Assembly (NCBI GenBank): GCA_049999805.1
Contig: JBNGIO010006406.1
Location: 1-64,000 of the forward strand
Reading direction: 5' to 3'
Length of the DNA stretch: 64,000 nt
Origin: Folioceros fuciformis
Taxonomy: Eukaryota
Shown here: one piece after another, positions 12,098 to 23,523 of the stretch
How positions within the stretch are numbered: the stretch's first letter is position 1
How the letters are laid out: each line of letters begins with the position of its first letter
Position numbers and translations under genes: made by a program
The notes under the pieces: model-generated
Database searches by the model: none
The model's input: only the letters and a program-made list of their open reading frames with translations
Told to the model about the DNA's origin: nothing

Positions 12098-14632
12098 ATG
12101 CAAAATGCTACTGCCAAGGACCTGCCCGGTGACAGACCATGTATGGGGAATGCCCCGCCCAGTCTTCCTCAGGAGCACGAACGCCAGGGCGAGGCCAAGA
12201 CGGCAGAGACGGATCACAATCGAGTGGAACCGCATCAGGACGAGGCCGGCATGGATCCAGGTTTGTGGGGTACGCTCCCTGAGGAGATCGTAGATAGGAT
12301 TCTTGCTTTCTTGCCTATCCTCAGCTTCTTCCGACTGCAGGTGGTATGTAAGAGGTGGAACTCGCTCAGGTTTTCTCATGGGTTTCTGGAAATCTATTCT
12401 GAAGTTGTGTCTGGGGGGCCTTGGCTGCTTGTCTTTGCCAAGGGCAAGGATAGGCCCGATGTCCCCCATATTCCTAACCTGCAGAAGCTAGGATTGGCAT
12501 ACAATTTCATGTTGAAGAGGGTGAGTTTTGTGTACAGTCCTAAGTCTAGGAAATGGTATAACCTTGCCCTGCCATGCCTGCCCCCTCAAGCCAGCGTTTT
12601 AGCAGCATCTGGGGGCCTGCTCTGTTGTGAGGGGGGTGCGGGGTACTTCCTAGTCTGCAATCCAGTGACCAACACCTGGAGACCCTTGCCCCCGAGCCTC
12701 TTGGATCGGAATACCATGCACTTGGAGATGGTTGCAGACTGCCCTACAAGGTCCTACAAGGTTATTGCCGTGGGTGGTAGCTTTTTGTATCCTCCAGGAG
12801 AGATGCCCTCGGATGGCACCACTTTGGGGACTAATATATCTGACTATAGAGTTCGCCTAGTTCTGAACAGATTGAGAAGCAGCTCAGTTGGAGGAAATTA
12901 TGCAGGGTTTAGCAATTGCGATTTTCAGCCCAGGAACAGTTATCCCGGTTTCCCTACTCCCCATGCCCATCCCAACCTGGACCCTTTTGATTCTAGTGAT
13001 CTGCTGTCGCACCGTCGTAGTGCCAATCTGGGTTCTCCTAGTGCAAGTGCAGGTTCCAGTACCTCTGAGTTTCATGCTGGTTTTGGCCTCAACCAGCTAC
13101 GGGTGCTGAGAGTTTCTCGAGGGCCTTGTCGCAGTTGGGAAGGGAGTCTGAGAGAGACTGCACATCCAGGTTGCAGGACCGAGGCAAACCATACATCTCA
13201 GGAGGGTGCAAGCCAGCTAAGGTGCACTTCGCCAGCTACGGGAGAAGGAAGCATAGATAATGTCAATGTTCAAGTCACCCCTAGCATTCCTACCCTTGTA
13301 GTCAGAGATGGACTTGCTGTTCAGTCAAGCGGGAGAATGTCAGCGTCTGTTTCCTCCACTTCTGAAGAGTCATCTGATATCTCAAACAATGACATAATTG
13401 CTGCGTTGGATAGATTGCATATAAGTACTCCCAGAAGTCCTGAACTAGGTGCTGGTAGTTCAACTAGTGACGGCTTTCCCATTTCTCCCAGTGGAAAACT
13501 GGTGCAGGAAGTCTTAGAGGGGAACAGCTCGTTGCCAGTTAGTCTGAGGGTTGGCAAGGCAAACCTTCAAGTTGTGGATGCCGGTGCACAGGTGCCTGAC
13601 CACATATCTGTCTCTGCTATCAGCAGCGAGAGTGAAGATGTTGAGAGAGTTGGAAATTCAGATGACAGACTGAGGGGTTGTACGTCAGAGCAATCTTTCA
13701 CTGGTAGTGCAGCGACCAACTCCAGTTTGCTTCTTCCACCGCATAGCGCTCGCCTTTTGTCTAGCTGTAATGACGACGTTGGTTTAACACCACCGAGTGG
13801 CAGCGAAGCACTTTGGCGTGTAGGGGCTGTTGATGATGCGGTTGGGCTAGCCAGCCTTCTAGAGCAAACCAATCTAAGGTTGTCGCGGGATTCAGGGTAC
13901 CATTTTGGGCATGCCTTCACCAGAGTGAGAAACAATCTTCTTCGTTCTGCGGAGGCTGCAGAGGCAAGACCCACGGACTATCGTGTAGGGGTTATGCTTA
14001 ATCGGATAAGATCCAATGCAATAGCGGCTTCTAATGCTATTTCCAACAACTCTGATTATTATGGTTTTACTGTTGAAGTTTATGATTCAAAAGTTGGGAG
14101 GTGGGAAAGAGCGGGTCTGCTTCCCCGAGAAGTGGACTCCATCTCAAAGACCTGCTATTGTAATGGCTATCTTTATTGTCTAGCCTTCAATCTCTTCCGG
14201 ATATTCAGATTCAGCATAGTAGAGGGCTCATGGACTTCGATAGACATTCCTGCATTCTTCTTCTTTATTGTTCCAGACCTTGTGGAGCTCTATGGTCGCC
14301 TCTTCCTTGTGGGAGGGGTGAAAGGAACTCCACTGGCAAATGCCATTGTCATCTGGGAGCTTGAACAATCCAGACGTGAATGGACGGAAGTCTTGAGGAT
14401 GCCAGATGATCTATGCAAGGAATTCCATCGTGGGGAACACTTTGGGGTTTTCAGATGTGTGGGAAATGGAGCTTTACTGTTCTTTATGGGTGAAAACTTT
14501 CCTCGAATTCTAGTGTGTAATTTGAACATGAAGTCATGGCAATGGTCACCTCTGTGTCATGGAATTGAGAATCGCTATCAGCGGGGGTTCAAGGGCTTCT
14601 GCTTCGAGCCCAGATTGGATGCCTTAGTGTAG
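12098..14632 (+). CDS. F-box/kelch-like protein with ~430-aa internal low-complexity insertion (single exon)
   Basis: F-box LWGTLPEEIVDRILAFLP..VCKRWNS; ASGGLLC..VCNPVTNTWRPLP; YKVIAVGG..TVEVYDS..W; C-terminal GFCFEPRL. Confidence 0.88.
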   Translation: MQNATAKDLPGDRPCMGNAPPSLPQEHERQGEAKTAETDHNRVEPHQDEAGMDPGLWGTLPEEIVDRILAFLPILSFFRLQVVCKRWNSLRFSHGFLEIYSEVVSGGPWLLVFAKGKDRPDVPHIPNLQKLGLAYNFMLKRVSFVYSPKSRKWYNLALPCLPPQASVLAASGGLLCCEGGAGYFLVCNPVTNTWRPLPPSLLDRNTMHLEMVADCPTRSYKVIAVGGSFLYPPGEMPSDGTTLGTNISDYRVRLVLNRLRSSSVGGNYAGFSNCDFQPRNSYPGFPTPHAHPNLDPFDSSDLLSHRRSANLGSPSASAGSSTSEFHAGFGLNQLRVLRVSRGPCRSWEGSLRETAHPGCRTEANHTSQEGASQLRCTSPATGEGSIDNVNVQVTPSIPTLVVRDGLAVQSSGRMSASVSSTSEESSDISNNDIIAALDRLHISTPRSPELGAGSSTSDGFPISPSGKLVQEVLEGNSSLPVSLRVGKANLQVVDAGAQVPDHISVSAISSESEDVERVGNSDDRLRGCTSEQSFTGSAATNSSLLLPPHSARLLSSCNDDVGLTPPSGSEALWRVGAVDDAVGLASLLEQTNLRLSRDSGYHFGHAFTRVRNNLLRSAEAAEARPTDYRVGVMLNRIRSNAIAASNAISNNSDYYGFTVEVYDSKVGRWERAGLLPREVDSISKTCYCNGYLYCLAFNLFRIFRFSIVEGSWTSIDIPAFFFFIVPDLVELYGRLFLVGGVKGTPLANAIVIWELEQSRREWTEVLRMPDDLCKEFHRGEHFGVFRCVGNGALLFFMGENFPRILVCNLNMKSWQWSPLCHGIENRYQRGFKGFCFEPRLDALV

Positions 14633-15307
14633 GCTATGTTTCCCAAAATATCAGCATTGTACAAGTAGCAAATGCATGTATCTTGGAGACGTACCACAAC
14701 CCGTTCTATGTACTACGCCTTGACCAAACCTGTCGAGACTACCTATCCCTGCACATGGTGTCTCTTTCACTTGCAGGTCGCAAAGTCTGTTGTATAGCCG
14801 TGGCTCACCATGCTCAGCTATTTCGGTTGACTAGGGATCAGAACTTGCTTAGGGATTTTGTTACTTCGGCGTGCTGAGATAGTCCAGCAAGTGCCTCGAT
14901 CCGCTGTATGTTGCAACTAAATTGAAGGCTATGACCATGTGTTTGACCAGTTTTCCCCTTGTAGTACCTGTGAGACAGTCCGATCTGGAACCCTGCTGTC
15001 AGGCTCACCATGTTGAAGTACACTATGTGCAGAATATGCAAATTATCCTTCAGTTACATGTTTCAATTTCTTTTTTGATAGGAAAGGTGGAGATGGGAGA
15101 AACTTGATGTGTGTGTCATAATCTCGACCCTTTACCACCCTTGGACATCCGGAATCCTGAGTTAGTACCAAGCGTCCCTGGTGAAGTAAAATGCTTAGAG
15201 GGATTGTCGCTTTTCAACAGGTCTTTTTCTCCTAGCCGCTGACCACATCGTTTTGTAAATTTTGTAGGGCATGGAAACATGCCACGCAGACCCTCTGGCA
15301 AGAAGGC

Positions 15308-18300
15308 ATGAGATTTAAACTTGATCTGGAAGTCAGTGACTCAGACGAAGCTTCAATACATGTGGAAAGTCCAGCGAAAAGGGCTCGACATTCCGTTCCA
15401 GAGAAACCAACCTCGAGCACTTCTAACACGTCTGAATCGGTGAAGTCTCCAGAATTGGAGGTGTCTGTCATGGTGGGCCAAACGCTTCTGAGTGGATTGG
15501 CAAATATGGATAAGGATTTGCACAGCAGGCAGCTGGCAGTTTATGGTGGGGAGACCATGCGCCGTCTGTTTGGTGCAAGCGTTCTCATATCAGGTCTCAA
15601 GGGACTAGGAACAGAAATAGGTATGGCCAGACGAACTTGGTGGGGAGTTACAGTCAGTATGCCCTTTACTATTGACCGCTTCATAGTCGCATGATGAGTG
15701 CTGTGCAGCGAAGAATGTTATCTTGGCAGGGGTGAAAACTGTCACCTTGCTTGACATGGGGAATGTTGAGCTTGACGATCTTTCTGCCCAGTTTTACCTA
15801 TCGGAAAGTGATATTGGGAGCAATAGAGCCTCTGCTTGCGCTGAGAGGCTAAGAGCACTCAACGCTTCAGTTGTTACAAATGTCCACAAAGATGAGATTA
15901 CAGCGAAATTTTTGGCAAACTTTCAGGTACGGATGGTTTCCTCATAGTGTACGATGCTTCGCTTTGTTACTAAGTTTCTTAGTCTCAAATTTGCATGTTG
16001 GTCGTTGCTCAGGTTGTAGTCTTCACCAGTGTAAGGCTTGTTGATGCCTTGAAGTACAATGAGTACTGTCGCCGGTGTAAACCTCCTATTTCCTTGATAA
16101 AAGCAGATGTCTGTGGAGGTCATCTTTACAGAGGTCCAGGGGAGGACTGAGCTAAACGATGGAAGGCCACGACGGATTAAGAATGTCAAACCTTACTCCT
16201 TTGTTCTAGATGATGATACTAGCAGGCTGTCAGAGTACAGTAGAGGGGGCATAGTGACTCAAATCAAGCAGCCCAAGATCCTCCATTTCCTCCCACTTAA
16301 GGAGGCCCTGAAGGTTACGGGGAACTATCTAGTGAGTGATGTCTCCAAACTTGATCGATCCCTTTTGCTGCACTTGGCTTTTTAGGCTCTCGACTCCTTT
16401 ATTTGCTATGCCGGCCACCCACCTCGTCCAGGATTTGATGAGGATGCACAGAAGCTAATTGAGCTTACCAAGCAATTGAACGAGAATGCAGAATCTGTTA
16501 AGCTTGAATGCATAGATGAAAGACCTCTGAAGCAGTTTGCCAGTGGTCGTCTGCAGTTCTGAATCCAATGGGAGCCCTGTTTGGGGGCATAGTTGGGCAA
16601 GAGGTTGTCAAAGCTTGTTCTGGAAAATTTCATCCGATTTTCCAGGTATTTGTACCCAATTCTTTTATATTCCTACGCAGTGACATCCTAGCAGGCTAGG
16701 CTGACAAGCAAGAAAGTTTATATTTCAAACTTGTTTTGTTGGTCCTTTAGCAGATCGCGCAAGTATCCTGGTAGCAGAATCTCAATTTGCTCACGTTAGT
16801 GTCGGTACTTGCAGTTCTTCTATTTTGATTCAGTTGAATCACTACCAATTGAGCCACTTGTTGTAGAGGATGTGAAGCCTTCACGATATAACGCACAGAT
16901 TTCTGTCTTTGGACACAAGTTGCAGCAGAAGCTAGAGGATGCAAACATACTTGTTGTCGGTGCAGGTGCTCTGGGCTGTGAAGTACTGAAGAACCTTGTT
17001 TTGATGGGGGTATCATGTGGCAAAGGGAAGCTGACTATTGCTGATAACGATGTGGTAGAGACGAGTAATCTTCGCCGCGAGTTTCTCTTTCGTGACATCA
17101 ATATTGGTGAGGCAAAATCGACAGTGGCCCTTTCAGCTGCTTTCTATAAACCCCTCGCTGAACGCGGAGGCAATAGTAACCCGTGTCGGCCTGAGCTCTG
17201 AGAATGAGTTTACTGATGCATTCTGGGAGGGATTGGATGTGGTTATCAATGCACTAGATGATGGGGATGCCCGACTATATGTGGACAGAAAGTGTGTATA
17301 TTTCCAGAAACCTTTATTGGAATCCGGAACACTTGGGACAAAGTGTAATACACAAGTGGTCATCCCCCACGCGACAGAGAACTATGGAACGTCCACAGAT
17401 TCTCCTGAGAAGCAAGCTGCAATGTGCACCCTTCACTCATTTCCACATAATATGTGCCACTGTCTCACATGGGCACGTTCAGAGGTTGAAGGACTGATGG
17501 AGAAGTCACCATCAGAGGCAAATGCGTACTTGGCGGATTCAGAAGTATACATACGATCTCTGAAAAGTGTAGGAGAGATGCGGGCAAAGGAGAGGTTACA
17601 AAGTGTCGTCAACTGCCTTGTCGAAGAGAGGTGTGCATCATTTGAGGACTGCCTTGTCTGGGCAAGACATTGCTATGTAGAATGCCGTGCGGCCTCTCTT
17701 TTTCCCATTTTGCGAACAAACCCGACTGTTCTATCTATCCACGTGCTACGTGCAGGTTTGAAGATTGTTTTGTCAGTCGCATAAAGCAGCTCATTAGTAC
17801 ATTCCCAGAAGATTGTACATCCAGCTCCGGAGCTCCATTCTGGTCAGCTCCAAAGCGGTTTCCGAGGCCACTGGAGTTCAACCTCTCTGACCACACTTGC
17901 CGCTCGTTCATCACAGCGGCAGCTATGTTAAGGGCTGAGATTTATCGCCTATTGGTTCCTGAGTGGGCTTCTGTTCCAAGTAAGCTAGCAGAATTCGTGG
18001 ACGGTATTGAAGTTCCAGAGTACAAGCCAAAGCCAGCAGGAGCACACTTGCAAAAGAGGAGAACGCATCAGGAAGCCAGCCACTTACAATCACCGACAAC
18101 GCAGGAAGTGTCAGTGGCCAGGATGCAGACAGTGACAGCCCAGTCGGCCAGCTGACAAGTGCACTGGAAGCAGCAGTCCACAAGCGTCCCCTAGGATTCT
18201 CGATGAATCCTGTGATCTTTGAGAAGGTAAGGTCATACCACCATCACACGCACTTCAGGAAACATGCTGGAGACCAAGATTTGACATTATTCTCCTCCCT

Positions 18301-18944
18301 GTGTGCAGAATGATGACTCGAACCATCACATGGACTTGATAGCTGGGATTGCAAACCTGCGAGCCAGGAACTATAACATTCCTGAAGTCGACAAACTCAA
18401 GGCCAAACTGATAGCCGGCCTAATCATCCCAGCCATCGCGACCACCACAGCTATCGCAACAGGTCTAGTGTGCTTGGAGCTGTACAAGATCCTCCTGGGG
18501 CACAGAATTGACATGTACAGAAACACATTTGCTAATCTGGCCTTGCCTCTGTTCTCCAAGGCGGAACCTGTGTCAGCTAAGACCTTCAAGCATGCAGAGC
18601 TGTCCTGGTCGATCTGGGATCGGTGGATCATCACTGAAGATATTTCCGTAAGGGAGCTGATGGACTGGTTTCAGGCGAAGGGGCTAACAGCGTACAGTGT
18701 GACTTGTGGGTCGACTTGCCTGTACAACTCGTATTTTCCAAATCACCGCGAGCGACTGGAGCGAAAGCTTGTGGAGCTGGCTGTGGATGTGTCCAAGTTT
18801 CAGGTGTCCGCAAATCACTTGCGCCTGGATCTTTCGGTGGGCTGCGAAGATGCCGATGGGAACGATGTGGAAGCCCCTCTTGTGTCCATCTCCTTGTACC
18901 AGTCTGTTAATAATCTTCCACCTTCAGGTGACCGTGGTGGATAG
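15308..18944 (+). pseudogene. UBA1: Ubiquitin-activating enzyme E1 (UBA1-like), disrupted
   Basis: [67 protein letters not shown] tail. Lesions: deletion plus frameshift ~16115, in-frame TAG 16383-16385 (LAF*ALD), frameshifts near 16548, 17140 and 18045. Confidence 0.85.
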
Positions 18945-19488
18945 CGGTTGTTTCAACGTGCAACTACCTTCGCTCGTCCTACAATGCTCCTAAAAGGCTT
19001 TGTATTAAAATGCAAAAAATTAAGGAATTTGTGTCCTCAAAGGTGAAACCCGTAACACCAGTCTCACCGATGTCCTTGAATGATTGAAACGACATTCCAA
19101 CAACCAACCATGTCTCCGGGGTCACGAAAGTGGCGTTTCACTTAGAACACTCGAATTATCATTAAGTGAGAGATTTTTCACGGCTCCCGAAAAAACTGCG
19201 CAGAGTGGCGGGAGAGGCCCTTTTGCTTTCTTTACCTCACGGAAGGCTTGAGCTGATGTTGAAGGAGAGGAATTCGGAAGTGGAGCTCGAAATGGTGGCA
19301 GGCAGCTGGAGCCGTGCGGCAGGATGTTGTTGTCAGCGGGGATCAAGCTCGCCACGGCGCAGTGCTGCTGTTCTTTGCGAGAGGAAATGACGGGGTTGCG
19401 CAATGCTTGGCAGAGAACGCAATTGGGCACACGGGGAGCCTCGTGAACGCAGTCTAGGGTAGCTAGGTCTGGAGGAGGGAGCTCAGCC

Positions 19489-22400
19489 ATGTTTATAAAG
19501 CAGGTGATCATCGAAGGATTCAAGAGCTACAAAGAACAGGTTGCTGCGGAGCCATTCAGCCCCAAGCACAACTGCGTGGTCGGGGCGAATGGTTCAGGGA
19601 AGACTAATTTCTTCCACGCCATTCGGTTCGTGCTCAGTGATTTGTTCCATGATTTGCGGGCCGAGCATAGGCAGGCCCTCCTCCATGAAGGAGCCGGGCA
19701 TCAGGTCATGTCCGCGTTTGTGGAGATTGTGTTTGATAACAGTGATAACCGAATGCCCGTGGACAGGGAGGAGGTGCGCCTGCGCCGGACCATCGGCCTG
19801 AAGAAGGACGAGTATTTTTTGGATAAGAAGCACATCACTAAGACTGAGGTGATGAATCTGCTGGAAAGTGCGGGTTTCTCGCGCTCCAACCCTTACTATG
19901 TGGTGCAGCAGGGGAAGATTGCGTCGCTCACTCTGATGAAGGACGGGGAGCGACTGGATCTTCTTAAGGAAATCGGTGGTACTCGAGTGTATGAGGAGCG
20001 CAGGAAAGAGAGTTTGAAGATTTTGCAGGACACTGAGAATAGGAGGAGGCAGATTGTGGAGGTGGTTCAGTTTATCGAGGAGAGGCTCAAGGAGCTGGAT
20101 GAGGAGAAGGAGGAGCTCCGGAAGTACCAGGTGCTTGATAAACAAAGGAGGTCGTTGGAATACACCATCTTTGAGAAGGAGCTGCTGGATGTTAGGCAGA
20201 AGCTTGATGAAACGGAAGAAGCCCGGCATAAGGTTTCTGAGAAGTCCAGGAACATGTACAATAGCGTGTTGGAGTCACATGACCAGCTTAAAGACATGGA
20301 GAAGAGTTTGAAAAGCCTTGCCAAGGAGTTGCAGGCCGCGACCAAGGAAAAGGACTATGCAGAGAGGCAGAGGACGGAGTCGCTTCGGAATTATGCTAAA
20401 GTGGAGTCCGATGTGCGAGATATGGAGGACCGCATGAGGACGGAAGCAAGATCGAAGGATGAGATCGTGAGGGAGCTGAGAGCGCTGGAGAAAGAGATCC
20501 AGCGTTCCAGGCAGGCCTTGGAAGAAGTCACTCCTAGGTATCAGCAGCTGGTACAGCAGGAAGACGAGATTGCCAAAGGTGTGGTATCCAGAGAGAAGGA
20601 GCTCAGTATTCTCTATCAGAAGCAGGGGCGTACGGCACAGTTTGCCAACAAATCAGCTCGGGATCACTTTCTTCAGAGGGAGGTGGATGACCTGAAGGAT
20701 AGCATCCGCTCAGCGAATGCTCAAGTGCAGACGCTTCAGATTGAGATGACGAAGCTGAATGAAGAGCTGGAAGCTCATACAGCTAGCGTAGGCCATTTCA
20801 CCGCAATGCTTCAACAACTGGAGAGTTATGTTGCTCAAAGTGATGCGCAATTTGCTGCATTGAAAGCTGAAAGGGATAATATGCATGACGTACGAAAGAG
20901 TATGTGGAAACAGGAGAGTGATCTAACGGAAGAAGTTGAGAGACTGAGATCAGAGACTCAGAAGGCTGAGAAAGCCTTGGAGCATGCGGCTCCCGGTGAC
21001 ATTAGGAGGGGACTTATGTCTATCCGGAGAATCTGCAAGGAACGCAACATCACGGGTGTGCATGGGCCTATCTTGGAACTGCTGGACTGTGATGAGAAGT
21101 TTTTCACAGCTGCTGAGGTAACAGCCGGAAATAGCTTGTATCACGTTGTCGTGGATTTCGACGAGATATCAACCAAGATTATTCATTACCTTAGCAAGGA
21201 GAAGGGTGGCAGGGTCACGTTCATGCCTCTGAACAGAGTCACCCCGCCACGAGTCAACTATCCCACAGGCCCTGACGTAGTTCCTCTCTTGAGTTGGTTG
21301 AAGTATGATTCAGTTTATGCCCCGGCCTTCGCGCAGGTTTTTGGAAGGACTGTGATATGCCGTGATATCGAGGTGGCAACCAAAGTTGCTCGCACAGCTG
21401 AAGTAGACTGCATAACTCTCGAAGGTGACCAGGTTAGCAAGAAGGGAGGAATGACCGGTGGTTTCTACGACTACAAGAGGTCTAAATTGAAACTTCTTAG
21501 TGTCGTGCGGCAAAACACAAAAACGGTTGGCCTGAAGCAAGAAGAACTGGAGAAGGTTAGGGCATCTTTGCAGGAGCTTGATCAGAAAATCAATGGCGTC
21601 ATGAGTGAGCAGCAGAAGCTGGATGCTAGCAAGGGGCATAACAGGTCGCAATGTGACCAGCTGAGAAATGATATCAGTGCAGTGAAACGTGAAGAGGTTA
21701 TGAAGCGTCGAGCTCTCGAGAGCAAGAAGAAGTTGATGGCCAATTCGTGGGAATTGATTAAACAGCTTGAGGCATCAATTGAACTCAAGCAAAAGGAGAT
21801 GCAGACAGATCTTGTCGGGCAGTTGACGGATGAAGAAAGGCACCGCCTGTCGTGTCTGAATCCGGAGATAACCTCCTTGAAGGAAGACCAGATTACGATC
21901 AGAGCAATGCGAATGGATGCTGAGATGAGAAAGGGTGAGTTGGAGACTCTCCTGTCAACCAACTTGGTGAAACGTCAAACAGAGCTGGAGGTCCAGCTTG
22001 CTGCAGTGGATCCAAAGACACTCGAGGCAGAACTTGAACAAAAGAGAGAAGAGTTGAGGAATGCTAAGGTCTCTGTCGACGAGGATACACAACACTTGAA
22101 GACAATCACGGATCAGATTGATAAGCACAATCGACAGATACAGCACTTGAAAAGCTCGAAGGATGAGCTGAAGGCTTTGGAAAGCACCTATGAGCAGACT
22201 TTGCAGGATGAAGCAAAAGAGCTGGAGCAACTTCTTAGCAAGCGAAACCTGCTTCAAGCAAAGCGAGAGGACCTGATGAAGAAAATTCGTGACTTAGGTT
22301 CCCTCCCCTCCGATGCCTTTGAGAAGTATCAGCGGAAAGGACTTAAGGAGCTGCACAAAATGATCCATAGATGCAATGAACTGCTTAAGGCTTTCAGCCA

Positions 22401-23100
22401 TGTGAACAAGAAGGCTCTTGACCAGTACGTCAATTTCACCGAGCAAAGAGAGGAGCTTCATTTGAGGCAAGCTGAACTGGATTCTGGCGATGAGAAGATC
22501 AGGGAACTCATATCAGTCCTGGATCAACGAAAAGACGAGTCTATTGAAAGGACATTCAAAGGTGTTGCAAAAAATTTTCGAGAAGCTTTTGCGGAGTTAG
22601 TTCCAGGTGGTCACGGATCACTTGTGATGATGAAGAAGCGGAGAATGGATGAGGCAGAGGATGAGGATGCAGATGATGACTATCGCGAAGGAGATGTGGA
22701 CAGGGTTGAGAAATACATAGGAGTGAAAGTGAAGGTTTCATTTACGGGGCAGGGTGAGACACAGTCTATGAAACAGCTGTCCGGAGGTCAGAAGACGGTT
22801 GTTGCTCTAACTTTGATCTTCGCTATCCAGCGATGTGACCCTGCTCCGTTCTACCTGTTTGATGAGATCGATGCAGCTCTGGATCCTCAATACCGCACAG
22901 CGGTGGGGAATATGATAAAGCGACAGGCAGATACCTCACACACTCAGTTCATCACTACAACATTTCGACCTGAGCTTGTGAAGGTTGCTGACAAGATTTA
23001 TGGAGTCACTCACAAAAATAGGGTGAGCCGCGTTGATGTCATCAGCAGGGACGATGCTCTCTACTTCATAGAGAAAGATCAAAGTCATCAACCATCATGA
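19489..23100 (+). CDS. SMC3: Structural maintenance of chromosomes 3 (cohesin subunit), intronless
   Basis: 1203-aa uninterrupted ORF: Walker A GANGSGKT, GLKKDEY, LESAGFSRSNPYYVVQQGKI, hinge GRVTFMPLNR..GGMTGGF, LSGGQK, FDEIDAALD. Confidence 0.97.
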   Translation: MFIKQVIIEGFKSYKEQVAAEPFSPKHNCVVGANGSGKTNFFHAIRFVLSDLFHDLRAEHRQALLHEGAGHQVMSAFVEIVFDNSDNRMPVDREEVRLRRTIGLKKDEYFLDKKHITKTEVMNLLESAGFSRSNPYYVVQQGKIASLTLMKDGERLDLLKEIGGTRVYEERRKESLKILQDTENRRRQIVEVVQFIEERLKELDEEKEELRKYQVLDKQRRSLEYTIFEKELLDVRQKLDETEEARHKVSEKSRNMYNSVLESHDQLKDMEKSLKSLAKELQAATKEKDYAERQRTESLRNYAKVESDVRDMEDRMRTEARSKDEIVRELRALEKEIQRSRQALEEVTPRYQQLVQQEDEIAKGVVSREKELSILYQKQGRTAQFANKSARDHFLQREVDDLKDSIRSANAQVQTLQIEMTKLNEELEAHTASVGHFTAMLQQLESYVAQSDAQFAALKAERDNMHDVRKSMWKQESDLTEEVERLRSETQKAEKALEHAAPGDIRRGLMSIRRICKERNITGVHGPILELLDCDEKFFTAAEVTAGNSLYHVVVDFDEISTKIIHYLSKEKGGRVTFMPLNRVTPPRVNYPTGPDVVPLLSWLKYDSVYAPAFAQVFGRTVICRDIEVATKVARTAEVDCITLEGDQVSKKGGMTGGFYDYKRSKLKLLSVVRQNTKTVGLKQEELEKVRASLQELDQKINGVMSEQQKLDASKGHNRSQCDQLRNDISAVKREEVMKRRALESKKKLMANSWELIKQLEASIELKQKEMQTDLVGQLTDEERHRLSCLNPEITSLKEDQITIRAMRMDAEMRKGELETLLSTNLVKRQTELEVQLAAVDPKTLEAELEQKREELRNAKVSVDEDTQHLKTITDQIDKHNRQIQHLKSSKDELKALESTYEQTLQDEAKELEQLLSKRNLLQAKREDLMKKIRDLGSLPSDAFEKYQRKGLKELHKMIHRCNELLKAFSHVNKKALDQYVNFTEQREELHLRQAELDSGDEKIRELISVLDQRKDESIERTFKGVAKNFREAFAELVPGGHGSLVMMKKRRMDEAEDEDADDDYREGDVDRVEKYIGVKVKVSFTGQGETQSMKQLSGGQKTVVALTLIFAIQRCDPAPFYLFDEIDAALDPQYRTAVGNMIKRQADTSHTQFITTTFRPELVKVADKIYGVTHKNRVSRVDVISRDDALYFIEKDQSHQPS

Positions 23101-23523
23101 TCAGGTGATGTCCGCTGAGATCCATGGTCGGGAGTTAGCGAGTGAACTGTTGTACCATAGAACCGAAAGCCAGTGTCTTGAGAAAGTTGAGATTCATGGC
23201 TGACGGCACCAATTTTCTCCGACAAAAAGCTTTAATCATCCTGAAGTTGCATAGGAAGTAGTTAGGTCCTGAAAAGAATGGTTCCAAACTGTGAAACTGG
23301 ATGGAGCCTTGTTGTGAATATGGCGCATGTCATCTTAGGAAAACCTCCCAGCATTTGGAGGATTAGGATTAGTGTAGCATGAGGGACGAGGAACATGAAC
23401 CATCGTTGAAAGGAAACGAATTATCTGCAAATATTATTACCGGAAAGTCTAGCAAAGTCTGGATACAGCAAAAGGAGCTGGACATTTCCAAACAAAGCTG
23501 GAACTCGATGTTCATCGAGGCTG

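Noticed and set aside
19594-22741. Antisense and alternative-frame ORFs over SMC3 (similar ones over both PPRs)
   Set aside because: Shadows of codon bias and repeats on the coding strand; no independent protein features.
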